Shown here: piece after piece, positions 55,158-64,000 of the stretch | How positions within the stretch are numbered: position 1 is the first letter of the stretch | How the letters are laid out: each line of letters starts with the position of its first letter | NCBI GenBank assembly: GCA_018897295.1 | Contig: JAHILA010000014.1 | Location: 3,390 to 67,389 of the forward strand | Reading direction: 5' to 3' | DNA length: 64,000 bases | Source of the DNA: Patescibacteria group bacterium | Lineage (GTDB): Bacteria; Patescibacteriota; Minisyncoccia; RBG-13-40-8-A | Notes under the pieces: generated by a model | Seen by the model: the letters and a program-made list of their open reading frames with translations, nothing else | Databases searched by the model: none | What the model was told of the DNA's origin: nothing | Translations under genes and position numbers: made by a program

Positions 55158-57392
55158 ATGGTTATTTCTGAAGCTTTTGCGAAAATACTCCGTTGGGGGG
55201 TTTTTATTTCTTTGTTTTTGCCGTTGGTAATTTTCTCTCAATATCTATCGCCGTTTCATTTCGGCAAGGTGATTATTTTTAGAATCCTTGTGGGAATAAT
55301 GGCGGTTTTTTATATTCCGTTAATCATTGTTGATAAGAGATATCGGCCAAAGTGGACAATGATTTTAATCAGTATTTCTGTTTTTGCTTTTCTGTATTTA
55401 TTCAGCGGCTTAGTAGGAAATAGTTTTTATTCCAGTTTTTGGGGGACGATTGAAAGAATGGGGGGAATTTTCAGTTTTTTGCATTATTTGGTCTATTTTC
55501 TAATTTTAATTAGTATTATTAAGAAAGAAGTTGACTGGGATAAAATTTTAAAAGTTTCGCTTTTTGTTGGTTTTCTTTCTATTCTTTTCGCTTATGGTCA
55601 GCGCCTGAAATTGGGCAATTTTTTCGTTGGCTGGCAGCATGGAGATAGGGTAATTGGCACCATTGGCAATCCTGCTCTTTTTGCCGGCTATCTTTTATTT
55701 ATTCTATATTTGGCAATTTTATTTCTCTCTAGAAAAATAACTCGGCCTGCTGAGAAAGGGTTTTTTGCTGCTATTCTTATTTTGGGCGTTCCGGTTTTAT
55801 TGATGACCGCAGTAAGAGGAGCTATTATAAGTTTTTTTGGCAGTCTTTTGCTTCTGGCATTGTTTTTTCTTTTTTTCCAGAAAAGCCGGAGAATAAAGAT
55901 TCTTTTATTGGTAGCAATTATTGTTTTCGTAATTTTTGGTACCATTATCTGGTTAGAGAAGAATAAAGATTGGGTTAAAAATAATAGTTTACTGCAGCGA
56001 ATCACTGATATTTCTTTTAAGAGTGACACTATCCAAACCAGATTATGGTCATGGGAAAGCGCAATCAATGGCTGGAAGGAAAAACCGATTTTCGGATGGG
56101 GTCCGGAAAATTTTACTTTTCTGCATATGAAATATTTTGATTCCCGACATTTTTCCGGCCTGGGGTCCGAAACAATTTGGGACAGGGCCCATAATATAAT
56201 TTTGGAAATGCTTTCAACCATGGGCATAGTTGGTCTTTTAAGTTATATTTTCATTTTTTTCAGCATCTTTTATATTCTGATTAAAAAATTTAAGCAAAAG
56301 CAAATCGAGAATTCTGATTTTGGCATAATTATAGCAATGCTTATTGCCTATATTGGACAGAATTTGTTTATCTTTGACACATTTGCTAATTATTTTTTAT
56401 TCTTTTTGATATTGGGATATATAAATAATCTTCATTTAAAAGAGGAGACCTATTCAATACCGACAAAAGAGCCATCTGTCTTTTTGGCTGCGATTTTATT
56501 GGTTTTTGTCTTAATATTGACATATCAAACCGGAATTAAACCGGCAAAAGCCAATTATGCCTGCACTAGAGCAATTGTAGCTGGCCAAAGGGGAGATGCG
56601 AATGAGGCTTTCCAGTATTACAAAAAAGCATTGAGCTATGATAATCCGCAGGTTAATTATGACATAACCCACAAATTAGCTACTTTTACCATACAGCTTA
56701 TTGAAGCACAGAGACAGAAGAATAAAACCATTGATGTAAATTTGGCGCATTACACAATTGAAGCAGTAAAAAAGAATATCGAAAGATTTTCCCTAGACAC
56801 AACGCCTTATCTTTATGTTGGAAGAATGTATATTCTTTTAATCGATGAGGAGGCGGATACAGCTGGTAAACTGGCAGAAGAATTCATCGGCAAAGCCCTG
56901 GATTTAAATAGAAAGAATCCAAGAATATGGTATGAACTTGGACAAGCGCAATTATCACTCGATAAATATAAAGAGGCCTATGATAGTTTCAAGGAAGCAT
57001 TAAACCTTAATCCGCAGGTAGCCATTTCTTACTGGTTTTTGGGTATGGCTGCTTATGAAAATGGCCAATACGATTCAAGTCATTACCAAGAAGCTGCTCA
57101 ACTTGTTGAAAAGGCGATAGTAATGGGATACAATTACAAAGGCAGTATAAATGATTTAATGCGTTTAGTTCATATTTATGACAAGGTCGGGAATTATAGT
57201 AAAATTGTAGAAGTTTACAAGTTGGCAATATTGAAACAGCCAAGCAATGCTCAACTGCATGCTTCTTTGGCTGCTGCATACGCTAAAATTGGAGATTACG
57301 AAAATGCTAAAAAAGAAGCGCTGAAATCAGCTGAAATTGATCCGAATTTTAAATCAGATGCCGAGAAATTCATTAATTCATTGCCGCGTTAA
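55158..57392 (+). CDS. O-antigen ligase-domain (Wzy_C) membrane protein fused to C-terminal TPR repeats. It may be an O-oligosaccharyltransferase or a ligase.
   Basis: It is polytopic with a WSWESAINGWKEKPIFGWGPENF / RAHNIILEMLSTMGIVG Wzy_C signature. The C-terminal 250 aa carry TPR-like repeats. Confidence 0.7.
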   Translation: MVISEAFAKILRWGVFISLFLPLVIFSQYLSPFHFGKVIIFRILVGIMAVFYIPLIIVDKRYRPKWTMILISISVFAFLYLFSGLVGNSFYSSFWGTIERMGGIFSFLHYLVYFLILISIIKKEVDWDKILKVSLFVGFLSILFAYGQRLKLGNFFVGWQHGDRVIGTIGNPALFAGYLLFILYLAILFLSRKITRPAEKGFFAAILILGVPVLLMTAVRGAIISFFGSLLLLALFFLFFQKSRRIKILLLVAIIVFVIFGTIIWLEKNKDWVKNNSLLQRITDISFKSDTIQTRLWSWESAINGWKEKPIFGWGPENFTFLHMKYFDSRHFSGLGSETIWDRAHNIILEMLSTMGIVGLLSYIFIFFSIFYILIKKFKQKQIENSDFGIIIAMLIAYIGQNLFIFDTFANYFLFFLILGYINNLHLKEETYSIPTKEPSVFLAAILLVFVLILTYQTGIKPAKANYACTRAIVAGQRGDANEAFQYYKKALSYDNPQVNYDITHKLATFTIQLIEAQRQKNKTIDVNLAHYTIEAVKKNIERFSLDTTPYLYVGRMYILLIDEEADTAGKLAEEFIGKALDLNRKNPRIWYELGQAQLSLDKYKEAYDSFKEALNLNPQVAISYWFLGMAAYENGQYDSSHYQEAAQLVEKAIVMGYNYKGSINDLMRLVHIYDKVGNYSKIVEVYKLAILKQPSNAQLHASLAAAYAKIGDYENAKKEALKSAEIDPNFKSDAEKFINSLPR

Positions 57393-57404
57393 AACAATAA
57401 ACAG

Positions 57405-57971
57405 ATGAATAAAAAAACATTAATTATTCTGGTAATATTATTTATTATATTAACAGGATTGGTTCTGGCTTATTTTTTTATTTTTAAAAAGACGCTGCCA
57501 CAGCAAAACGCACAAACCGAAATAAACAAAGACGGCTTCGTTATTGAATTACCAGATGGATGGGTGGAGGTAGAAGCTGTAATGGGTTCTTTTGCAACAG
57601 CAATGAATAATAAAGAACAGATTAACAATGCGGATGCTGCGAAAATAGGTTTTAGGAGTTATTACTCTGTTGTTTACGATACTTTTAATGAAAAAACCAA
57701 TAATGATTATCTGGAGAAAATAGAAACTTCTTTAAAGGGAAATTTTCCAGAAGTAAAAATATCAAAGGAGGAAGGCAGGAATATGGATGGCGAACCAATT
57801 TATTTTATGGAAACAGACATTATTCAGCAGGATATTGATTTTAAAGTTTTATTGGCTGTAAATATTAAGGATAAAGATGTCTGGATAATCTCGTTCAATA
57901 CGCTTGAGGAAAGCTGGGAAGGATACAAAAATCTATTTTATCAAATTGCGGGAAATTTCCAGATTAAGTAA
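57405..57971 (+). CDS. Hypothetical membrane-anchored extracytoplasmic protein
   Basis: It has an N-terminal TM segment. No motif was recognised. Confidence 0.4.
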   Translation: MNKKTLIILVILFIILTGLVLAYFFIFKKTLPQQNAQTEINKDGFVIELPDGWVEVEAVMGSFATAMNNKEQINNADAAKIGFRSYYSVVYDTFNEKTNNDYLEKIETSLKGNFPEVKISKEEGRNMDGEPIYFMETDIIQQDIDFKVLLAVNIKDKDVWIISFNTLEESWEGYKNLFYQIAGNFQIK

Positions 57972-57981
57972 TAAATAAAAT

Positions 57982-58740
57982 ATGGAAGATACAAATAAAA
58001 GTAAAAAGATTAACTGGGCTATAATTGCGCCCGTGATTTTAGCTGTAGTTGTTGCGGCAATTTTCATCTATCTTGATTATAGGAAACCAGGAGATGACCC
58101 AAATTCACCGAATAATTCAACTTCAGAAGAATATAAGCCAAAGCCAGTTTCTCTCAAGGATAACCCAAGGCGTTCTGAAGTAATTACGGATTTCTCCAAA
58201 TATGGATGCGCAAGCCCGGCAACCATTGAGCCCACAATAACAAAAGAACCGGATAAAATATGGACAATACCAAAAGATGGCGGATCTAGTATAGTCAGTT
58301 TGGGCAGATATAAAATCAAAAATTCAGTCAATACGATTTTAGATATACGCAAGCTTTGGCTGTATTTTTTCAGCGACAAATTGAGCGTCAGAGAAGACAA
58401 GGTTTATGCTTTGGAAAAATCATATGTCTCTAAAATGACTTTAGTGGTGAATGGTTATGAGCAGGAAATAAAATTAGGGGGTACAGAATATATGTTGATA
58501 GAACTTTCTGATTATCCTTTAGGTGATATTTATCCCTATGACAGAGAAACGTTTTTGGAGTTTGAGGTTTTAATTGAATTAAAGTGCAATAATCTTCAGA
58601 ATGGAACTTGTCTAAGCAATGAAAATAAATCTTTGGAATTTTTGGACAGAGCTGATATTTCTCCAATGTTCAAGATTTTTGCTCTCGGATGTCAGGAATT
58701 TGATAAAGATATCACTATAGATGCTGAATTTTCTTATTAA
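57982..58740 (+). CDS. Hypothetical membrane-anchored extracytoplasmic protein
   Basis: It has an N-terminal TM segment and a Pro/Ser-rich linker. No motif was recognised. Confidence 0.4.
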   Translation: MEDTNKSKKINWAIIAPVILAVVVAAIFIYLDYRKPGDDPNSPNNSTSEEYKPKPVSLKDNPRRSEVITDFSKYGCASPATIEPTITKEPDKIWTIPKDGGSSIVSLGRYKIKNSVNTILDIRKLWLYFFSDKLSVREDKVYALEKSYVSKMTLVVNGYEQEIKLGGTEYMLIELSDYPLGDIYPYDRETFLEFEVLIELKCNNLQNGTCLSNENKSLEFLDRADISPMFKIFALGCQEFDKDITIDAEFSY

Positions 58741-58744
58741 TACT

Positions 58745-58773
58745 TGACAGCCAATTTTTTACCTGCTAGTATA
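58745..58773 (+). promoter_or_regulatory. Promoter-like element: TTGACA, 17 nt, TAGTAT/TATATA
   Basis: Read directly. It is followed by a GNRA hairpin (TCCC-GAAA-GGGA) and a terminator-like hairpin. Confidence 0.4.
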
Positions 58774-58821
58774 TAAACAGTTGAATGGGTGATCCCGAAA
58801 GGGAAAACTCTATATTTGGGG

Positions 58822-58858
58822 AAAAACGTCTGGCTTTTAGTCGACGTTTTTCTTTCTA
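58822..58858 (+). terminator. Terminator-like hairpin: AAACGTC, loop, GACGTTT, then TTTCTTTC
   Basis: Read directly. It would end a transcript of about 80 nt initiated at the 58745 promoter. Confidence 0.35.
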
Positions 58859-58887
58859 TTTGACACGTATTATTCATTCCAGTTATA
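58859..58887 (+). promoter_or_regulatory. Second promoter-like element: TTGACA, 17 nt, TTATAC
   Basis: Read directly. It is about 125 nt upstream of the 59011 ATG. Confidence 0.4.
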
Positions 58888-59010
58888 CTTAAACTATGGA
58901 TTGTGTTGCTTAAGGAGTTCGGGAACTAGTACCCATTCAACACTAAGTATTGGGGTTTTACTTTCCCGGCTCCTTTGGCAACGCAATTTAGGATATAATT
59001 AATTATAATT

Positions 59011-60813
59011 ATGTTTTTTCCAAAATCTAATTCGATTCAGAAATATAAGAAATTTTTATCAATCCTGCTGGTTTCAGGCGGGATTTTTATTATTTGCAGT
59101 TGTTCTGTTTTTGCTGCTTTTGAAGTTGGCGACAGCAGGGAATTTTTTGTTGATTCATCTTTTGATTATGAAACAAGAACAAAGATAGCAGCTACATTAC
59201 AAAAGGTTTCTGCTAATGCTTATTTTTATGTTGAAGATCCATTTTGGCAGGAATTGTCTCTGGCCCAGCAAAGTTCTTTTCTTGACGGATTAGATGACAT
59301 TGCTGTTCAATTTAATGAGAAAACCTATCCTTCCTTAAGATATATTTTCGGCTCGGAATGGAATCCTGGAATTGATAACGATGAAAGAATTACAATTCTT
59401 CTCACGCAGTTAAAAAAGACAGCAGGAGGATATTTTAATGAAAGAGATGAAGTTGCCAACTTACAGGAACCTACTTCCAATAACAGAGAAATGATTTATA
59501 TCAATGTCAGCCAGGTTGGCACCAGTTTAGTTCACGGTTTGATTGCCCATGAATTGCAGCATATGATTAATTGGAATCAAAAACAAAGACTTAATAATGT
59601 TCAAGAAGATATTTGGCTTAATGAATTGAGAAGTGAATATGCTCCAACAATAGCTGGACTGGATAGCGATTACGTAGGAAGCAATTTAGAAAGGCGCGTT
59701 GAAGATTTTCTTTTCCAGCCATCAGATTCCCTGACCGAGTGGAAAGGCGACAGGTATGATTATCCATCAGTGAATCTTTTGGGCCATTATCTGGCTGAGC
59801 AGTTCGGCGAAGATATTTTTTCTTTAATGATAAAAAACAATAAAGTGGGAATCTACAGCATTGAACAGGCATTAAAAGAAAAAGGATATAGTTCTACTTT
59901 TTCTCAGATATTTAATAATTGGGTAATTGCTGATTATCTGAATGACAAATCAATCTATAGCGGAATATACGGCTACAAAAATCCGTATTTGAAAGGAAAT
60001 GTCCAGATTTCACCAATCACTTACAGCATCGTATCAGCAAGCGTAATTAATATCTCGCAGCAGGTAAAGGATTGGTCGCCCTATTGGTATCGTTTTATTA
60101 ATAAACAGGATGCAAGCACTATTGCTAAAGATTTGGAAATTGAGTTTGAAGGTTTTATGGGACAGGGGGATTTTAATGTTTATTACATCGTTGATTACAT
60201 AGACCAGCAGACAGTAGTTGGAAAATTAACATTAGAAAATCAAAGCGGAGTATTAAAAATACCTGATTTCAAAACAAGAGTTGATTCGGTTACGATTGCT
60301 ATTTCTAATCAATTTAAGAAAAGCGATTTTCAAAGCAATGAACCGACAAATCCTTTTATTCTTTCAGCAGTTACGACTCTCTTTGATGAAATAGTTGAGC
60401 CACCTGGAGAAGAATTGCCCAAGCCAGAGGATTATGGATTAAAAGAAGGGGATTTAATCAGAGCAGTTGGTGATTTTGATATTTTCATCATTAGCCAACA
60501 TGGCTATAAAAGATTATTCCTTAATCCTGTTATCTTTAATATGTATGGCCATTTGACTGGCGGATGGAAAGCAGTTAAAACCGTTAGTCCGGAAGTAAGA
60601 GATGTATTCAAGACATCGAATTATTACCGTTATGTTGATTCGCCCAAGGTTTATAATTTAGAGATTTCCGGCGAGGATACAGGAATTTTAAGTTGGTTAA
60701 ACATAACCGGCGAGAACTTTCTATCTCAAGGCGGAAAACCGGAATCAATATTTATAATTAACAAATCAGAATTGGATTGGTATCCAAAAGGAGAGGATAA
60801 AATGGGGTTGTGA
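59011..60813 (+). CDS. Secreted putative zinc metallopeptidase (HExxH) with the shared module at its C-terminus
   Basis: It has a signal peptide and HELQH within LVHGLIAHELQHMINW. The C-terminal 125 aa are about 75 % identical to the 23076 protein C-terminus. Confidence 0.55.
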   Translation: MFFPKSNSIQKYKKFLSILLVSGGIFIICSCSVFAAFEVGDSREFFVDSSFDYETRTKIAATLQKVSANAYFYVEDPFWQELSLAQQSSFLDGLDDIAVQFNEKTYPSLRYIFGSEWNPGIDNDERITILLTQLKKTAGGYFNERDEVANLQEPTSNNREMIYINVSQVGTSLVHGLIAHELQHMINWNQKQRLNNVQEDIWLNELRSEYAPTIAGLDSDYVGSNLERRVEDFLFQPSDSLTEWKGDRYDYPSVNLLGHYLAEQFGEDIFSLMIKNNKVGIYSIEQALKEKGYSSTFSQIFNNWVIADYLNDKSIYSGIYGYKNPYLKGNVQISPITYSIVSASVINISQQVKDWSPYWYRFINKQDASTIAKDLEIEFEGFMGQGDFNVYYIVDYIDQQTVVGKLTLENQSGVLKIPDFKTRVDSVTIAISNQFKKSDFQSNEPTNPFILSAVTTLFDEIVEPPGEELPKPEDYGLKEGDLIRAVGDFDIFIISQHGYKRLFLNPVIFNMYGHLTGGWKAVKTVSPEVRDVFKTSNYYRYVDSPKVYNLEISGEDTGILSWLNITGENFLSQGGKPESIFIINKSELDWYPKGEDKMGL

Positions 60814-60836
60814 AATAATTAATAAATAAAAAATTT

Positions 60837-61898
60837 ATGAAAAACAATAAACAATTTTTCGGAGTGTTCTTCAGTGTTTTGATTTGTGTGTTTGTATTTG
60901 GAGTGATTGTTTATGCCACAACAACAATCGGAGATAATATTTCCGCAGGTGGGACATTAAGTGGAACTAATTTTTCAACAAATGCCACTTATTACAACAC
61001 GTTCGTAGGTACGGGGATAGAAACAACAACTACGGGTAGTTGGAATACATTTGTTGGTTATCAGGCAGGATATCAGAACGATGATGGAGCGGCTGATCAG
61101 AATACGGCTATCGGTTATGACGCCTTTTATTTAAACAATACAGGACAACGCAACACCGCCGCAGGTACGTATGCTTTATCTAATAGTGTTTCAGGTGACT
61201 ATAATGTTGCGATTGGTAGTTATGCAATGGAACTGAATACAACCGGAGATTACAATGTGGCTGTTGGTGATTCGGCATTAGATTGGAATGAGACGGGTTC
61301 GTATAATGTAGCGATTGGTTGGTCAGCCATGTTAGGAGCCTGGCCTGCTTCTACAGCTAATACAGCTGTTGGATATCGAGCCGGGGACGGCAATAATAGT
61401 ACCGGATATTCATCTTCGAACAATTCAATTTTTGGATATAAAAGCGGATTTAATGTTCGAACAGGTTCAAAGAATATTCTTGTTGGCTATCAAGCAGGAG
61501 ACGCTTTAACCTATGGTTCTAATAATATTGTTATTGGATATGATATAGATACATTAAGTGCTACAGCAGATAATTATATGAATATCGGCGGTCTGATCTT
61601 CGGAGATCTATCTACTGCCAGCGCTAAATATCTTGGTATTCTTGATTCTTCTCCTGCTTATACTCTCTCTGTTGACGGCACTGCCTCTGTTTCCGATACT
61701 ATGTATGTAAAAGATATTTATTTTAGCGGAGTGGCATCTGTTTCAAGCAGCGGCATTCGGTTGGATGATGGAGTAATGATTACTACCGGGATTGCTTCGC
61801 CGAGCGGAGATTGCGGCACATCAGGAAGTTTATTTATAGATAAAGTTAATGCCGGATTATATATGTGTGGCACAGATGCAAGGTGGAATGTTAAATAA
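60837..61898 (+). CDS. Secreted Hep_Hag/tail-fibre-like repeat protein; paralogue of the 22034 gene
   Basis: The N-terminal about 65 aa and C-terminal about 60 aa are near-identical to the 22034 protein at both protein and DNA level. The central repeat region has diverged. Confidence 0.7.
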   Translation: MKNNKQFFGVFFSVLICVFVFGVIVYATTTIGDNISAGGTLSGTNFSTNATYYNTFVGTGIETTTTGSWNTFVGYQAGYQNDDGAADQNTAIGYDAFYLNNTGQRNTAAGTYALSNSVSGDYNVAIGSYAMELNTTGDYNVAVGDSALDWNETGSYNVAIGWSAMLGAWPASTANTAVGYRAGDGNNSTGYSSSNNSIFGYKSGFNVRTGSKNILVGYQAGDALTYGSNNIVIGYDIDTLSATADNYMNIGGLIFGDLSTASAKYLGILDSSPAYTLSVDGTASVSDTMYVKDIYFSGVASVSSSGIRLDDGVMITTGIASPSGDCGTSGSLFIDKVNAGLYMCGTDARWNVK

Positions 61899-61900
61899 TT

Positions 61901-64000
61901 ATGTTGGAAAAATTATTCGGGGATCCGAATAAAAGATATTTGAATAAAGTCCAGCCGATTGTGGAGAAAATAAATGAGCTCGAAAAAGAATTCGAGCGTT
62001 TTTCTAACGAGGATTTAAAAAATAAAACTAAAGAATTTAGAAAAAAAATAGAAAACTACGGAGGACAGACCTCCGTAGTGCTTGATGATATTTTGCCGGA
62101 AGCATTTGCTGCTGTGCGGGAGGCATCGAAAAGAACTTTAAATCAAAGACATTTTGACGTACAGCTTGCCGGAGGCATTGTTCTGCACCAGGGGAAAATT
62201 GCAGAAATGAGAACCGGAGAAGGAAAAACATTAACCGCAACCCTATCATTGTATTTGAATGCATTAGAGGGAAAAGGCGCGCATCTGGTTACAGTTAACG
62301 ATTATTTAGCCAGAAGAGATGCTGTTTGGATGGGGCAAATATATAATTTTCTTGGATTTAGCGTGGGATGTATAAATCATGAAACTTCTTATATTTATGA
62401 CCCCGCCTACGCCAACCTGCCTCGCCGGCAGGCGGGGGCTTCGGCGGGCAAGCCAGAACTAAAATTAGACAAAGAACGTGATGAGGCGGGTGGGTTCAAA
62501 GTGGTGCAGGAATTTTTGAAACCGTGCAGTAGAAAAGAAGCTTATAGCGCTGATATTTTGTATGGCACTAATAATGAATTTGGGTTTGATTTTTTGCGGG
62601 ATAATATGGCTTATGATAAAAACGAGATGGCGCAAAGAGCTTCTAATTACGCAATTATTGATGAAGTAGACAGTATTCTAATAGATGAAGCCAGAACTCC
62701 TTTAATTATTTCTGCGCCAGATGTGGAATCAGCCCAGCTTTACAAGAAATTTTCCAAAATCGCTCCGCAATTAAAAAAGGACATTGATTTTAAAATTGAT
62801 GAAAAAATGCGCGCGGCAACCTTAACTAATGCAGGCATGGATAAAGTGGAAAAAACCTTGGGAGTCGGGAATATTTATGATGAAGCCGGAATTCAATTAG
62901 TGCATCATTTGGAACAGGCCTTGCGCGCGGAAGTCCTATTTAGAAGAGATAAGGATTATGTGGTGCGCAATGGGGAAGTGATTATTGTTGATGAATTCAC
63001 TGGTAGGTTGATGCCTGGTAGGCGCTATTCCGGCGGGTTGCATCAGGCATTAGAGGCAAAAGAAAATGTGCAAGTACAGAAGGAATCGAAAACTTTGGCA
63101 ACAATTACTTTCCAGAATCTTTTCAGAATGTATAAAAAATTAGCCGGAATGACAGGAACTGCATTAACTAATGCTGAAGAGTTCGACAAGGTTTACAAAT
63201 TGGACACCATAGTTGTGCCGACTAATAAGCCGATGATTAGGAAAGATTTGCCAGATAAGATTTACAAGACCGAGCAAGGGAAATTTAAAGCAATTGTTCA
63301 GGAAATAAAAGAACGCTATGAAAAAGGTCAGCCAGTTTTGGTGGGCACGATTTCAATTGAAAAAAATGAGCATTTGGGAATGCTCTTAAAAAAAGAGGGA
63401 ATACAATGCGAGATTTTAAATGCCAAACAGCACGAAAGGGAAGGCGCGATTATTGCCCAGGCAGGAAGATTAGGAGCTGTGACAGTTGCAACCAATATGG
63501 CAGGTCGTGGAGTTGATATTGTTTTGGGGGGCAACCCTCAAGATCCTGAGCAGGGTCGAAGGGTTTGTGACGTTGGCGGACTTCATGTCCTTGGCACCGA
63601 GCGCCATGAAGCAAGAAGAATTGATAATCAATTAAGAGGAAGGTCTGGCAGGCAGGGAGATCCTGGCTCTACTGAATTTTTTGTTTCATTGGAAGACGAA
63701 TTAATGCAGAGATTCGGTTCTGAGAAGATTAAGACCCTGATGGATGCTTTGAAAATTCCCGAGGACCAGCCAATTGAAAATAAGATGATTTCATCGGCGA
63801 TTGAAAAAGCCCAGGCAAAGATTGAAGGATATAATTTTGATATCAGGCATCATGTTTTGGAATATGACGAGGTGATGAATAAGCACAGGGAAACGATTTA
63901 TAAAATGAGAAAAGAAATTTTATTCCAAGCAACAGATAAAGAGATGCATCAGAAAGTTAAGGAATTAATGACAGAGGACAAGTATAAGCAATATTGTAAT
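61901..64000 (+). CDS. secA: Preprotein translocase ATPase SecA. The 3' end is cut by the window edge. It carries an in-frame GC-rich element insertion.
   Basis: The N-terminus reads [14 protein letters not shown]. Walker A is [13 protein letters not shown] and the DEAD-like motif is [20 protein letters not shown]. The frame stays open to the window end. Confidence 0.9.
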   Translation, partial: MLEKLFGDPNKRYLNKVQPIVEKINELEKEFERFSNEDLKNKTKEFRKKIENYGGQTSVVLDDILPEAFAAVREASKRTLNQRHFDVQLAGGIVLHQGKIAEMRTGEGKTLTATLSLYLNALEGKGAHLVTVNDYLARRDAVWMGQIYNFLGFSVGCINHETSYIYDPAYANLPRRQAGASAGKPELKLDKERDEAGGFKVVQEFLKPCSRKEAYSADILYGTNNEFGFDFLRDNMAYDKNEMAQRASNYAIIDEVDSILIDEARTPLIISAPDVESAQLYKKFSKIAPQLKKDIDFKIDEKMRAATLTNAGMDKVEKTLGVGNIYDEAGIQLVHHLEQALRAEVLFRRDKDYVVRNGEVIIVDEFTGRLMPGRRYSGGLHQALEAKENVQVQKESKTLATITFQNLFRMYKKLAGMTGTALTNAEEFDKVYKLDTIVVPTNKPMIRKDLPDKIYKTEQGKFKAIVQEIKERYEKGQPVLVGTISIEKNEHLGMLLKKEGIQCEILNAKQHEREGAIIAQAGRLGAVTVATNMAGRGVDIVLGGNPQDPEQGRRVCDVGGLHVLGTERHEARRIDNQLRGRSGRQGDPGSTEFFVSLEDELMQRFGSEKIKTLMDALKIPEDQPIENKMISSAIEKAQAKIEGYNFDIRHHVLEYDEVMNKHRETIYKMRKEILFQATDKEMHQKVKELMTEDKYKQYCN
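62401..62457 (+). repeat. GC-rich palindromic element of about 57 bp, in-frame within secA. It is translated as [18 protein letters not shown].
   Basis: ccccgcctacgccaacctgcctcgccggcaggcgggggcttcggcgggcaagc is about 93 % identical to 31489-31548 but is read in a different codon phase. Confidence 0.85.

Noticed and set aside
1-64000. tRNA, rRNA, tmRNA or RNase P genes
   Set aside because: No cloverleaf-compatible segments with T-loop (GTTCGAATC-like) or anticodon-arm geometry were recognised, and no rRNA-like conserved stretches were seen. The candidate structured regions at 4513-4578, 12980-13275 and 58741-59010 do not match these RNA classes by eye.

Overview
This is an AT-rich window (roughly one-third GC by eye) of tightly packed, mostly co-directional genes, many with overlapping start and stop codons. 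The gene content points to a small-genome, Candidate-Phyla-Radiation-like bacterium; that assignment is inference only. (1) Positions 2-7258 hold a complete type IV pilus operon: pilB, pilT, pilC, a major pilin, pilD and four minor pilins. (2) Positions 7255-14714 hold an S1C protease, a Cas2/PaaX_C-fold wHTH protein, a GC-rich probable foreign gene, clpB behind a canonical sigma70 promoter and a CIRCE operator, a (GYT)n Ala/Val-rich mini-ORF, and an ECF sigma / anti-sigma pair. (3) Positions 14750-24368 encode giant and medium secreted surface proteins. They share a roughly 120-aa module that sits at the N-terminus in some and the C-terminus in others. Two Hep_Hag-like paralogues have near-identical ends and divergent cores. 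(4) Positions 19969-57392 form a very large cell-surface glycan locus. It contains about 10 glycosyltransferases, six B12-binding radical SAM paralogues plus a radical SAM/SPASM-methyltransferase fusion, about six SAM methyltransferases, DegT, FemAB-like and CE4 genes, and the lipid-linked assembly set (PGT, Wzx, Wzy_C-TPR, Ppm1-like GT2, DUF2304, GT39). The iterated GT / B12-rSAM / methyltransferase array at 28882-49116 is the strongest candidate for an undescribed biosynthetic system. (5) A GC-rich, palindrome-containing element of about 57 bp sits in-frame in two unrelated genes, secA and a GT4 gene, in different reading frames. Degenerate copies occur in at least five further places, and fragments appear in two pilin leader peptides. 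This resembles the Rickettsia palindromic elements. (6) An intergenic cis-element of about 85 bp, built of 20-21-bp-spaced direct repeats, recurs five times in front of glycan-locus genes. One inverted pair brackets the CE4 deacetylase gene. The window ends in a 5' partial secA. No rRNA, tRNA, CRISPR array, transposase or integrase was recognised.
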